Source: Candidatus Babeliales bacterium (lineage in GTDB: Bacteria; Babelota; Babeliae; Babelales; JANWKD01). From it: a stretch of DNA of 64,000 nt. A model generated the notes under the pieces. That model was not told the origin of the DNA and did not search any database. It saw nothing but the letters and a program-made list of their open reading frames with translations. This document shows, one piece after another, positions 16,272 through 25,768 of this stretch; positions within the stretch are counted from its first letter, which is position 1; the number at the start of each line of letters is the position of its first letter. The stretch lies in NCBI GenBank assembly GCA_963762115.1, contig CAVXJH010000007.1:1-64000 (forward strand), written 5' to 3'. A program made the translations under genes and the position numbers.

Positions 16272-16778
16272 TTATACAAGAACTATCGTTACCCCATAAG
16301 CAACTATATTACTTGCAATTTCTACAAGAGCCGCAAAAGTGAATTGTAATGAGCAATATACAATAGGTGCAGCCGGAGGATATACAAGCGAAGTAACTCC
16401 CGCAATTAATGCATATGCAGTTTGCGCAACAGCATGAACGGCAAGTTTACTTAACCAGAATCCAATGTCTGCCTCTTTAAGAGTAGTTCCCTTCAAATTC
16501 GCCTGAGATTTCAAGATATGTTCATTATTTGATACGCGTATTTGTTCAAACGCTTCAAGGTTTTTAGGAGTATGATCATGATGCAATACATGCAAAGCAT
16601 GATTCACATCACAATCATTAATTTTGAGATATTCATTATCTTTCATCATGTCAAATCCATTAGTTCTGGATACTTGAGCAGAATCAAGTTTTTGAGAAAC
16701 AAAACCTTCTTTTTTTGTAATCTCCGTTGCTTGTGCCCAAAAAAATAAACAAGATGAATACAATAATAGCTTATTCAT
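16272..16778 (-). CDS. hypothetical secreted/membrane protein
   Basis: ATG with AAGGA RBS, signal peptide, hydrophobic C-terminus. Confidence 0.7.
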   Translation of the reverse strand: MNKLLLYSSCLFFWAQATEITKKEGFVSQKLDSAQVSRTNGFDMMKDNEYLKINDCDVNHALHVLHHDHTPKNLEAFEQIRVSNNEHILKSQANLKGTTLKEADIGFWLSKLAVHAVAQTAYALIAGVTSLVYPPAAPIVYCSLQFTFAALVEIASNIVAYGVTIVLV

Positions 16779-17510
16779 ACTATATCCTTTGAATAAATCA
16801 CTATTATAAAAAATATAAATGCAAAATAATGTGGAAGAAAAAGTTATACGATAATCATAAAGGACTCCTTTGATTTAGTAATATGAGATGGTTGTAAGCA
16901 CTGCTTATGCTTATTGCTCATTACTAACAGAATCCTTTAATATTCAATGTATTATAACACTCATATGGCAAAAAACAACAAAAAAAATCCTCTTGCAACC
17001 TGAAAACAACTAACTAACACGTATTCTAAAGGGTTTTTTTATGTAATAAAATATAAAAAATGAAAATATTTTTTATATTTTAAAAGATTTAAACAATAAA
17101 AAAAAACAACATCATGACGTATAGGCAAGCTTACCTAACGCAAAAAAAACAACTTTGCTTCCAGAACAAATAAACGATCTTAAAAAACACAAAAAAATCA
17201 CCTTACAACAACACAAAGCTCATATTTTAAATTTCTTTTATAAATCTCTTGCACTTGCTTAAATCTATCGATTATAAATTTTATATCTTGCTAAAAAAAG
17301 CTTTGCAATTTTCGATATAGTTTTCTTTTGACCTGCCCATACTAATTCATATGCTATCAATGGTTCGAATTATTAAATCATTATCGGCATATCAAAATAT
17401 CAAAGGCATCGTAAAAAAAAATTTAAACATACAAGGGAGGATTCTAGAACTAAAAAATATGTATCAAAAAAAAGTTAATTTTTTAAAAATATTAAAGCGG
17501 GAGAATATGT

Positions 17511-18641
17511 ATGAATTTTAATAAAAAATTCTTTGTAATTATGCCTATGTTTATAGTAGGAATGCAAAATTTAATCGCACAACCACAAAACATGCAACAA
17601 GAATTCAAAGATCTTGATAAAGCTCTTAACGTAAAATACCAAGATGTTGGCATTGATAATAGCAACAATCCAATAACAATTGCTTATGTCGAAAAACAAA
17701 ATCATCCTGGCAAAATAACGGTGATTTGCTCAGATACTTACCTTGGCTTCGAATCTTGGAGTTGCTTAATCAAAGAATTATCAAAACATGTTAACGTTAT
17801 TGCAATCGATCCAATTGGAAGTGGCAAGTCAAGCCAAAATGCTCCAACTGATCTTGATGGCGTTGGTGGTGTAGGAATAATTGGTTATTCTTATACGCAA
17901 CAAGCTATTTTCTTACATAATTTCATAAGCGCATTAGAAATCACTACTCCAATTGTTCTTGTTGGCATGGATCCACAAGGCAACGTTGCTATAAGATATG
18001 CTGATCTTTATAAAAACGATCAATATAAACTTAATAAATTGGTTGTAGTAAACGCTCCTCCACAAAGTTCAGTTGGCGACGATCCTTGCAAATTAAGATA
18101 TTTAACCGTTGCACAAGCACAAGCAATAGCTGATTTATATAGATTAGATAAATGCACCGCTCTTTGCTTATTATTGCAATCAAGCTTTGCCGAACCAGCA
18201 TGCTCAAAAGAAGCAACTGAACTCTATAATGAAGTAGTAAATTTTTCAGCAATGCAATCAGCTGACATTTTTGAACGTTCACTTGTAGGAACAATTTCTG
18301 AAGATATTAGCGGGCTTATGGGAGGCATCACCATTCCTGTTCTTTATTTATACAGCATAGTTAATATCGCCGATGAAATTACACGCCAATCTCAAGGAAT
18401 GGCATTTACTGGTTTTTGTCCAAGCTGCAGAAATCCAGAACTTTGCTCAACATTACCCTACATTCACCCATTCCCTAATTGCCAATTCCATACCTTTGCA
18501 GGAAAAGGCGTTTTGTGTAATCGCACTGATGCTGTAAGATTTAATAGATATGTTAAGGAATTTGTCCTTGGTGAAGATTTAGATTGTGAAATATGTAACA
18601 TTAATCCAAATGTTTCAGTAATTTGTCCAACTTGTCCATAA
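17511..18641 (+). CDS. secreted alpha/beta-hydrolase-fold protein, Cys-rich
   Basis: VIAIDPIGSGKS; elbow position reads VGMDPQG; GGAG RBS. Confidence 0.75.
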   Translation: MNFNKKFFVIMPMFIVGMQNLIAQPQNMQQEFKDLDKALNVKYQDVGIDNSNNPITIAYVEKQNHPGKITVICSDTYLGFESWSCLIKELSKHVNVIAIDPIGSGKSSQNAPTDLDGVGGVGIIGYSYTQQAIFLHNFISALEITTPIVLVGMDPQGNVAIRYADLYKNDQYKLNKLVVVNAPPQSSVGDDPCKLRYLTVAQAQAIADLYRLDKCTALCLLLQSSFAEPACSKEATELYNEVVNFSAMQSADIFERSLVGTISEDISGLMGGITIPVLYLYSIVNIADEITRQSQGMAFTGFCPSCRNPELCSTLPYIHPFPNCQFHTFAGKGVLCNRTDAVRFNRYVKEFVLGEDLDCEICNINPNVSVICPTCP

Positions 18642-18652
18642 TCTAGAATAAA

Positions 18653-18702
18653 AAAAGCAAAGAGGCGATGAATCTCTATAGATTCATCGCCTCTTTGCTT
18701 TT
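18653..18702. terminator. intrinsic terminator between convergent genes; a second hairpin lies at 18721-18750
   Basis: aaaagcaaagaggcgatgaatct / agattcatcgcctctttgctttt. Confidence 0.85.
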
Positions 18703-18771
18703 GATTAAGTCATATAAAAAAAATCGAGTTATAATAAAATAACTCGATTTAACTACTTACTAGTAATGTAA

Positions 18772-18936
18772 TTATGATTTACAACCTTTACCACTCTTGC
18801 ATCCACTGCAAGTCTTGCAACCACTTTTTGCTGATGATGATTGTCCATTACCTTGTTTATTACCATGCGCAACAACAACACCAATTTGTGCAATAGAAAA
18901 CAAACAAAGCATAGTTAACATTAACTTATTTTTCAT
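18772..18936 (-). CDS. small secreted Cys/Gly/Lys-rich peptide
   Basis: AAGGA RBS, MKNKLMLTMLCLFSIAQ signal, C-terminal GCKTCSGCKSGKGCKS. Confidence 0.6.
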   Translation of the reverse strand: MKNKLMLTMLCLFSIAQIGVVVAHGNKQGNGQSSSAKSGCKTCSGCKSGKGCKS

Positions 18937-18982
18937 GATTTTTTCCTTATTAAAAATAATTACAACATTCCAATAATGATAA

Positions 18983-20194
18983 TTATACACTTAATACTAC
19001 TTTTAGCCAACCATCATCGCGTTTATCAAAATGCTTATACCCATTAACAATATCAGCTAATGGCAACGTATGCGATACAAAATCTCGCGAATCAAAAATA
19101 TTATTTTGAACCCACAAAAGTAAGCGGGGAATATATTTTTTATGGTTACAATTTCCCATTCTTATCGTTAAATTTTTTTCCATTGCTTTACCGATTGGAA
19201 ATGTTTTTAATAATTCGCTATAAACCCCAATGATTGAAATTAAACCATTTTTTGCCACCGCATCAACTGCCCATTGCAAAACTTGTGATGGACCATTGCC
19301 AGGAACCCAATTACCATCGTTCGGATTTGTTTTTGGCGCAATTTTTTTCAATTCTTTCTTAAACTCTCTGTGCGTTGAAAAATTCGTTATAGCATCCAAT
19401 AAAGAATATCGTGGTTGCTCTGCATCTATGCCCACAGCATCAATAATTTTTGTTGGTCCTTTACCATTAGTAAGTTTTTTTAATTCTTCTACAGGATCTG
19501 TTTCATCAAAATTAATAGTATACGCTCCTTGTTGACTCGCTCTTTTTAAACGAGATGGAATTCTATCAATCGCAATGATTTGATTAACACCTAATTGCTT
19601 TAAACAAAAAATAGCTAATTGCCCAACTGGCCCACAACCAAAAACAGCAACCGTATCTGAAGGCTTTACGTCTGCCATTTCAACAGCCATGTAAGAAGTG
19701 GGTAAAATATCTGATAATAAAATTACTTGATCATCCATAACATCATCAGGAATTTTAACAAGTGAAGTATCTGCAAAAGGAACACGCACTTTTTCTGCCT
19801 GCATACCATTGAAAGGACCTGATTCTTTTGGCCCACCATAAAAAGGCGTTCCTGACTCAGGCCCTTTTGGATTAGCTTTATCACATTGCGAATATAGTTC
19901 TTGTTTGCAATAATCACAATCACCACACGCAATTGTTGATGGCACAATAACGCGATCGCCAACACGAAAGTTTTTTACTAATTTTCCTACTTTTTCAACA
20001 ACACCAACACCTTCGTGACCTAAAATTGTACCTTTTTTCATATGAGAAATAGTACCACGAATCATATGCAAATCAGTTCCACAAATAGCGCTTTTTGTAA
20101 GCTTGATAATTGCATCAGTTTGTTCTTTTAAACGCGGTTCTTTTACCTCTTCTAAGGCAATATTACCTACACCATTAAATACTAATGCTTTCAT
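18983..20194 (-). CDS. zinc-dependent alcohol/formaldehyde dehydrogenase (MDR family)
   Basis: ICGTDLH, GHEGVG, CGDCDYC...C, GCGPVG. Confidence 0.95.
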   Translation of the reverse strand: MKALVFNGVGNIALEEVKEPRLKEQTDAIIKLTKSAICGTDLHMIRGTISHMKKGTILGHEGVGVVEKVGKLVKNFRVGDRVIVPSTIACGDCDYCKQELYSQCDKANPKGPESGTPFYGGPKESGPFNGMQAEKVRVPFADTSLVKIPDDVMDDQVILLSDILPTSYMAVEMADVKPSDTVAVFGCGPVGQLAIFCLKQLGVNQIIAIDRIPSRLKRASQQGAYTINFDETDPVEELKKLTNGKGPTKIIDAVGIDAEQPRYSLLDAITNFSTHREFKKELKKIAPKTNPNDGNWVPGNGPSQVLQWAVDAVAKNGLISIIGVYSELLKTFPIGKAMEKNLTIRMGNCNHKKYIPRLLLWVQNNIFDSRDFVSHTLPLADIVNGYKHFDKRDDGWLKVVLSV

Positions 20195-20287
20195 CACTCA
20201 TCTCCATAATAATAAGAATTCAAAAAATGATTATTTAACTATAAAAATTACTGTAAACAAAAGAGGTAGAGTAAAAAAAGAATTTAT
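20158..20287. repeat. direct repeat copy 1 (adh 5' end plus upstream region)
   Basis: Near-identical to 21439-21567. Confidence 0.9.
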
Positions 20288-20429
20288 GATTTTTATATAT
20301 AATTTTTGTTCTCATAATATAATAAGGGATTTTCACCCTCTGAACACTCACCATGCCCGGCACTCATAAAGGCGGCTTGTCTATTGTAATCAAGTCGTCT
20401 TCTTTAAAATTCATGCTATGGTAAAATTC

Positions 20430-21401
20430 TTAGTTGTTATGCAATTCAAACAAAATAGATTCCGGTGATTTATAAACAATAATTTGTTTGTTGGTACTAT
20501 AAAGTGCACTTTGTGCTTTTTTTATAATACCAATAAATTTCTCTTTTTTTGATTTTTGATAGCTATTTAATGAAGCAGGCCATATAATTTCAGCACCATT
20601 TTTCAAAAGTAATTCAATAATATTAAATGCCTGTTGCGCAGATTTCCCTTTGGGCCAAATGGCAAATCGAGAAATTGCATCATATAAAGGCGTTTCATTA
20701 TATCTAGCTGCATAATTTACCTCAGCTCCTAAATCAATTAATAATGAAACCATAGAATAATTAATCTCACGTATTGCAGTTCTAATTGGAGTTAGATTAT
20801 CAGCACCAACTCCTTTGTTTACTTGTGCACCACGAGCAACTAAGTATTTAACAACTTCCTCAGTTCCATACCTAACTGCTGTATTTAAAGGCGTTGCATA
20901 TGCATATTCACCATTAATATCTGCGCCTGCCTCAATTTCTTTTTTAATTTTTTCAATACGCGATTGCCTTTTTATAAGCTCAAACAGCTTTTGACTTGAT
21001 GGATGCACCGCACGAGAGCTTATAGGATAGCTCTTTAAAGGGCCTATTCTACTGCGAGCCAATTGACGAGACCTTTTCCCCAATTGACAAAATTTTCTCC
21101 CAAATGAATTAATATGTTTTGGTTTATTTATAATTATTTTCGTGCCATATGATTTTTGTTTTGAAAATAAATTAGATTTGTCTTCCTTCATCGATGAAGA
21201 TACTTGATCCTCAATGTCAATAGACACACCTGCCAAAGCTGTTTCCTGTTCAGCAAATTTAAATTTCGGTCGTACATACAAAAATGATCCCGGATTTAAT
21301 TGCGCTCTTCTAACGTTTTCATCCTGCTTTTCTTGCGCCTCAATAGCCAAAGAATAAAAACCTAGACACATCTGCAGTAAAAAAATAGCTACAAATAACA
21401 T
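20430..21401 (-). CDS. secreted ankyrin-repeat protein
   Basis: GADIN...TPLNTAV, LVARGAQVN, TPIRTAI, GAEVN...TPLYDAI. Confidence 0.9.
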   Translation of the reverse strand: MLFVAIFLLQMCLGFYSLAIEAQEKQDENVRRAQLNPGSFLYVRPKFKFAEQETALAGVSIDIEDQVSSSMKEDKSNLFSKQKSYGTKIIINKPKHINSFGRKFCQLGKRSRQLARSRIGPLKSYPISSRAVHPSSQKLFELIKRQSRIEKIKKEIEAGADINGEYAYATPLNTAVRYGTEEVVKYLVARGAQVNKGVGADNLTPIRTAIREINYSMVSLLIDLGAEVNYAARYNETPLYDAISRFAIWPKGKSAQQAFNIIELLLKNGAEIIWPASLNSYQKSKKEKFIGIIKKAQSALYSTNKQIIVYKSPESILFELHNN

Positions 21402-21438
21402 ATATAAATCCTTATGTTTTAAAATCTATATGCTAAAC

Positions 21439-21567
21439 CAATATTACCTACACCATTAAATACTAATGTTTTCATTACTAATCTCCATAATAATAAAAAT
21501 TTAAAAGTAATTATTTAACTATAAAAATTATTGTAAACAAAAGAGGTAGAGTAAAAAAAGAATTTAT
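21439..21567. repeat. direct repeat copy 2: adh upstream region plus first ~12 codons (MKTLVFNGVGNIG*)
   Basis: Near-identical to 20158-20287. Confidence 0.9.
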
Positions 21568-21570
21568 TAT

Positions 21571-21704
21571 AATCTTCCATGAAATGCCTTGAAAAACCTC
21601 GTGCAGGAATAATATGGACCAATCAAGCCAATTGAATTAAGTGATTAGGACAATAAAAACTTTTCGTTTATGGCAAAAAATGTAGTTAATAAAAATCTAT
21701 TTTA
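21571..21704. repeat. internally deleted copy of 24158-24381 (APH remnant)
   Basis: aatcttccatgaaatgc...gcagga and tcaagc...ttgaattaagt...aatctatttt shared. Confidence 0.8.
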
Positions 21705-22214
21705 GTAGTTGCAATATCTATCGAATAAAAAATTAATCAATAGCGGCAAATCACTCTTAACAGATTCACCCTTTTTAATTTTTTCTTGTAATTCTTGAAC
21801 AGAAATCCAACAAGCAGACTCAAAGTCTTCTTTATTATAATCAGGCATAATCGAACTTTCAATCATGTAAAAATGCATAAAAGCTGACACCCCATGCTCA
21901 TGAGGGGTTAATTTTCCAATCATTGCATAATCGCATTCAGTAAGATTAAGATTTAACTCTTCTTTTAATTCTCTTTCAAATGCTTGTTGATACGTTTCAC
22001 CTGCCATAACATGCCCACCAACACTAGCATCTAAACATAACGGGAAAAGTTTTTTGTATTTAGTACGACGTGGAATCAAAAGTTGCTGTTGATCATTAAT
22101 AAGAAAAGCATTAATAACACGAAAGCAAGATAATTGTTGTTCATAAATCTCTGAACGAAATTTCTGACTGATTACTTGATCACACTCATCTACAATATCT
22201 AATAGCTCATCCAT
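21702..22214 (-). CDS. NUDIX hydrolase (IDI/YfcD-like), paralog A
   Basis: GGHVMAGETYQQAFERELKEEL Nudix box. Confidence 0.9.
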   Translation of the reverse strand: MDELLDIVDECDQVISQKFRSEIYEQQLSCFRVINAFLINDQQQLLIPRRTKYKKLFPLCLDASVGGHVMAGETYQQAFERELKEELNLNLTECDYAMIGKLTPHEHGVSAFMHFYMIESSIMPDYNKEDFESACWISVQELQEKIKKGESVKSDLPLLINFLFDRYCNY

Positions 22215-22396
22215 AAAAATACCTTTCTATTTTCTGATTTTTAAAATTTCTAATACATCAAAAAAAAATTGACCACAAAGACTAAAAAATACTACCTTAA
22301 AAGCTGGAAGTTAGAAAAAGTCTTACCTTTAGCCTTTAAGTACTATCTTAAATAGAGATTCTTTGAGGAATTCGTGCCAAAGATGCATGCGAATAC

Positions 22397-22527
22397 TCTA
22401 TTTTATGAGATAAAATTTGTATAAAATCTTTAATATCCCAACCAACGTAATCAGAAACTTAGCCATCACCAATTTCAATCACTCTATTTTTATCTTCTGT
22501 AGTGGTTGCGATATCTATTGAATAAAT
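22397..22527 (-). pseudogene. duplicate 3' end of the ATP-grasp gene, retaining the empty IS200 site
   Basis: Near-identical to 24373-24497; minus strand reads TTTAT|TCAATAGAT. Confidence 0.85.
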
Positions 22528-22574
22528 TATGATGGGCAGATCGAATTTTTAGATAAAGTAAACTAAAACAACAG

Positions 22575-24044
22575 TTATCTTTTCATTAATTGAATCACTT
22601 TTCTAGCCATCCACTCACCAAGACACTCAAGAAGTGTTCCGCTATAATGATTTTTAGTTACATTAACCTCTAATTGTTGTCGCATTAAATCTTTGATGAT
22701 ATCACAAAACACTGCATCCATTTCTTGATTATATTGATCAATTTGACTTTTCGTTAAATATCCTGGAGTAAAATATCTATAAGTTTTTGTGATAGAAGGA
22801 TCAAGAAGCTTCGTTGAAAGTGCATATAATCGAGCTTGGCATAAAGTAAGGTTACAGAAAAAGCTATTACCTACTTCTTGGTATTCATATGTTTTTAATA
22901 ATCCATCAAGAGCGAGCGATTCTTCTTGATACATTTTTAAAAATGGAGAAATAAGGGTATGCCGTTTTTTTGATTCATTCCAAATATCAACAATAAGAGA
23001 TTTATTAAGAGGCTTTCCTCCAGGTATTGCAAAATAAGCTAATTCATCAACCACATCTTTTCTAATAAAAATTTGAAGCATGCATCCAGCATCTTGTTGC
23101 ACTGAATATTTTCTTGAAATATCAAAAATTGTATCTAAATATTTTTGATTAATCTTGTATACATTAAATATATTTCTCAACTCTTTTTCAACGTAACCAG
23201 ATTCTAACGCACCAATTTTGCTAATAAAATACCAAAAACTACATCCCATACAAGTATTTGATTGAAAAAATCCAAAAAGCGAAAGGTTTACCGATACCAA
23301 ACGACAAGCTATACATTTTAAAGCATCAAACCATTCATCGCTTTCATTCTTACAATAGTTGCAATGAAATTTACGAGAGAAATCAATATTCCAAGAGTGC
23401 GTTTCATCTAAAAATTCTTCCATATTTTCAGATATTTTTGTATCAAAATTAGATGAACGCAACGGAATAGGAAAATTAAAATTAAGACAGCCCCATTCAT
23501 TAAGTTTTTTTAGAACATCTTGGAAAAGTAAAATGTTATCTTGAGGAATATTTTTAACGCAATGTGCATGATAAAATACATAGTGTGAATCATTATATTG
23601 TATTTCTCGTGAAATGATTGGTGTGATAACAGAATCAATATAATGTTGATACTCATCTTGTGGAATAATTAAATCAGGATAATATTTACCAAAAGTATCA
23701 AGCATTGTTTTAAAAACGGTTTGATCTATATACTCTCTGTTATTATAAATTCTTAAATGATTAAGCGTCGATGTTTTTACCTCAGGCCCAAGAGGAAAGA
23801 TAACCTTTTGTGCATGATCATCAAGCATGACTTGATGCTTCAACAAAGAGTTTAATTCATTAACTTCTTGTGCAATGAAAGCTTCTATTTCTGATTCGTC
23901 AGACCTAACGTGATTAAAAGCACTTTCAATTCCCTTGATAGAATAAATTTCTTGTGTATTTACGCAACAAACTTCTATTGTAAGATTTATTAAAAGAAAA
24001 AAAATAATTTTAACCCAAGCAAGCTTATGTATCATTTTAACCAA
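22575..24044 (-). CDS. hypothetical secreted protein
   Basis: 489-aa ORF with hydrophobic N-terminus. Confidence 0.7.
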   Translation of the reverse strand: MVKMIHKLAWVKIIFFLLINLTIEVCCVNTQEIYSIKGIESAFNHVRSDESEIEAFIAQEVNELNSLLKHQVMLDDHAQKVIFPLGPEVKTSTLNHLRIYNNREYIDQTVFKTMLDTFGKYYPDLIIPQDEYQHYIDSVITPIISREIQYNDSHYVFYHAHCVKNIPQDNILLFQDVLKKLNEWGCLNFNFPIPLRSSNFDTKISENMEEFLDETHSWNIDFSRKFHCNYCKNESDEWFDALKCIACRLVSVNLSLFGFFQSNTCMGCSFWYFISKIGALESGYVEKELRNIFNVYKINQKYLDTIFDISRKYSVQQDAGCMLQIFIRKDVVDELAYFAIPGGKPLNKSLIVDIWNESKKRHTLISPFLKMYQEESLALDGLLKTYEYQEVGNSFFCNLTLCQARLYALSTKLLDPSITKTYRYFTPGYLTKSQIDQYNQEMDAVFCDIIKDLMRQQLEVNVTKNHYSGTLLECLGEWMARKVIQLMKR

Positions 24045-24203
24045 TCGATTAATGTACTATAAAACAAAAAAATTTTGTTTACTTTATCAACAGCAAAATA
24101 AAATGTCTACTTGCAAAACCTGCTTGATCAAAAGCTCATTAAAAAAGCACTTGCTGCAATCTTCCATGAAATGCTTTGAAAAACCTCATGCAGGAAAATA
24201 ATA

Positions 24204-24362
24204 ATGCCTACAACTCAAACATTTGATACATTTGAAATTACTGTATCATTGGCAACCGACCTCATTGCAGAGCAATTTCCACAATAGGCCCATTTAGAGG
24301 TCAAGCAAGTTGAATTAAGTTGCCAAAACAATAAAACTTTTCGCCTAGGACAAGAAATGTAA
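24204..24362 (+). pseudogene. aminoglycoside phosphotransferase (APH) N-terminal remnant
   Basis: MPTTQTFDTFEITVSLATDLIAEQFPQ*AHLEVKQVELSCQNNKTFRLGQEM*, resembling the family LIAEQFPQW...DNRTFRLG pattern. Confidence 0.7.
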
Positions 24363-24497
24363 TTAATAAGAATCTATTTTATGAGATAGAATTTGTATAA
24401 AATCTTTAATATCCCAACCAACGTAATCAGAAACTTGGCCATCCCCAATTTCAATCACTATATTTTTATCTTCTGTAGTGGTTGCGATATCTATTGA

Positions 24498-25065
24498 TTA
24501 AACAACACACGGCTTAAAAGCCGTGGATTTAGAAGCACGAGATGAAAGCTTTTTATTGATTTCTAACATAATTGAGAATTGTCTCTTCTGAACATTGTCC
24601 AAATGTTTCAGAGAAATATCCATCTGCCCAAAAATCGTTACCCCACAAAAATTTCTTTATTTCAGGTAATTCAGCTCTGAGCATTTTACTTGAAATTCCC
24701 TTGAGTAATTGAACGGCCTTGCTCACACTCACACTTGGTGGTAATTGTATTACAAGATGCACATGGTCTATCTGAATATTTAGTTCTTGAATTTCCCATG
24801 CATTAATTTCCGCACATTCTCGCAAAAGTTCTTCTAACCTGCTCTTAACTTTGCCTTCTAATACTTTTTTTCTATATTTAGGTAACCAAACTATATGATA
24901 CATATGCCTATGAGTTGTATGCGCTCCGTGCCAATATTTCTTTGTCATGTCAATTAGTATGACAAAACTAACCTCACTTCGCAAAAATTTACATTTTTGC
25001 TTCGCTCGCGCATTTGATGACATTCATCCCCAGGTTTAAAACCCTGGGGTTTTCTGTCATACGAA
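24498..25065 (-). mobile_element. complete IS200-family element (tnpA only)
   Basis: Subterminal hairpins 25028-25049 and 24508-24525; inserted 3' of TTAT; no target duplication. Confidence 0.92.
24553..24948 (-). CDS. tnpA: IS200/IS605 Y1 (HUH) transposase
   Basis: YHIVWLPKYR, DHVHL (HUH), FWADGYF, ILNYVRNQ. Confidence 0.95.
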   Translation of the reverse strand: MTKKYWHGAHTTHRHMYHIVWLPKYRKKVLEGKVKSRLEELLRECAEINAWEIQELNIQIDHVHLVIQLPPSVSVSKAVQLLKGISSKMLRAELPEIKKFLWGNDFWADGYFSETFGQCSEETILNYVRNQ

Positions 25066-25768
25066 ATAAAATTTTAGATCTTTATGTTTTAATTTTGCAT
25101 ATACTTCTTCTGCAATTTGATATTTATTACTATCTTTCTTCGGACTAAAAATTGTATTATGCATAACAAAAAATCTAACTTCTGAATCGGGAATTAAATT
25201 AACAACTTCGCGCAATATAATACCGCCTTCAATATACCCACGATAATGCATCATATCTTTTAGTGCTCGGCTTATATCTTCTTCATCGTATACCACACTA
25301 CCCTTGCCAGTTTTCAGTGACTTTGCATAATCTTTTATGAATGCTTTTGAAAATTTTGTAAAATCTCGATACACATTTTCTTCATTGGTAACAACAGATG
25401 AAATAGTTAACGAAGAAATTTCATGGTACCAATTAGGCAAATAATGAGCATTAAAATAATCTTGTTTTGATGTTATCAGTTGATCGCCAAATATTTGTTC
25501 TAATTGAGTATATTTTGCATCATTAAGCATCCAACCCCTATAAATAATTTTAACATCTTTTGGGATTTGAAAGCTTTTATAATTTTGTAAATTATCAATA
25601 TCAATAAGATATACTGATAATCCTTTCTCTCTAACAGCAAGATATTCTTCTTTAAAATTTTCATCTATTTGATTAGCATTTAAAGGATTATTGGGATATA
25701 AAAAGATTGTTTTCATAATAATTTAAGCAATATTCATATTCAAATATATTAATATATGTAGCAAAATA

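Larger units (their letters stand above)
24363..25716 (-). pseudogene. ATP-grasp protein (R2K-clade-like) interrupted by IS200
   Basis: IYRGWML, HYLPNWY, FIKDYAKSLKT; removing the IS restores KFY|SIDIATT...IEIGDGQVSD in frame. Confidence 0.85.

Noticed and set aside
16779..17510. Possible ncRNA or replication origin in the long AT-rich gap
   Set aside because: No recognisable structure or DnaA-box cluster; consistent with divergent promoters
24498..24552. tnpB or omega-RNA associated with the IS
   Set aside because: The right end follows tnpA within ~55 bp, leaving no room for tnpB
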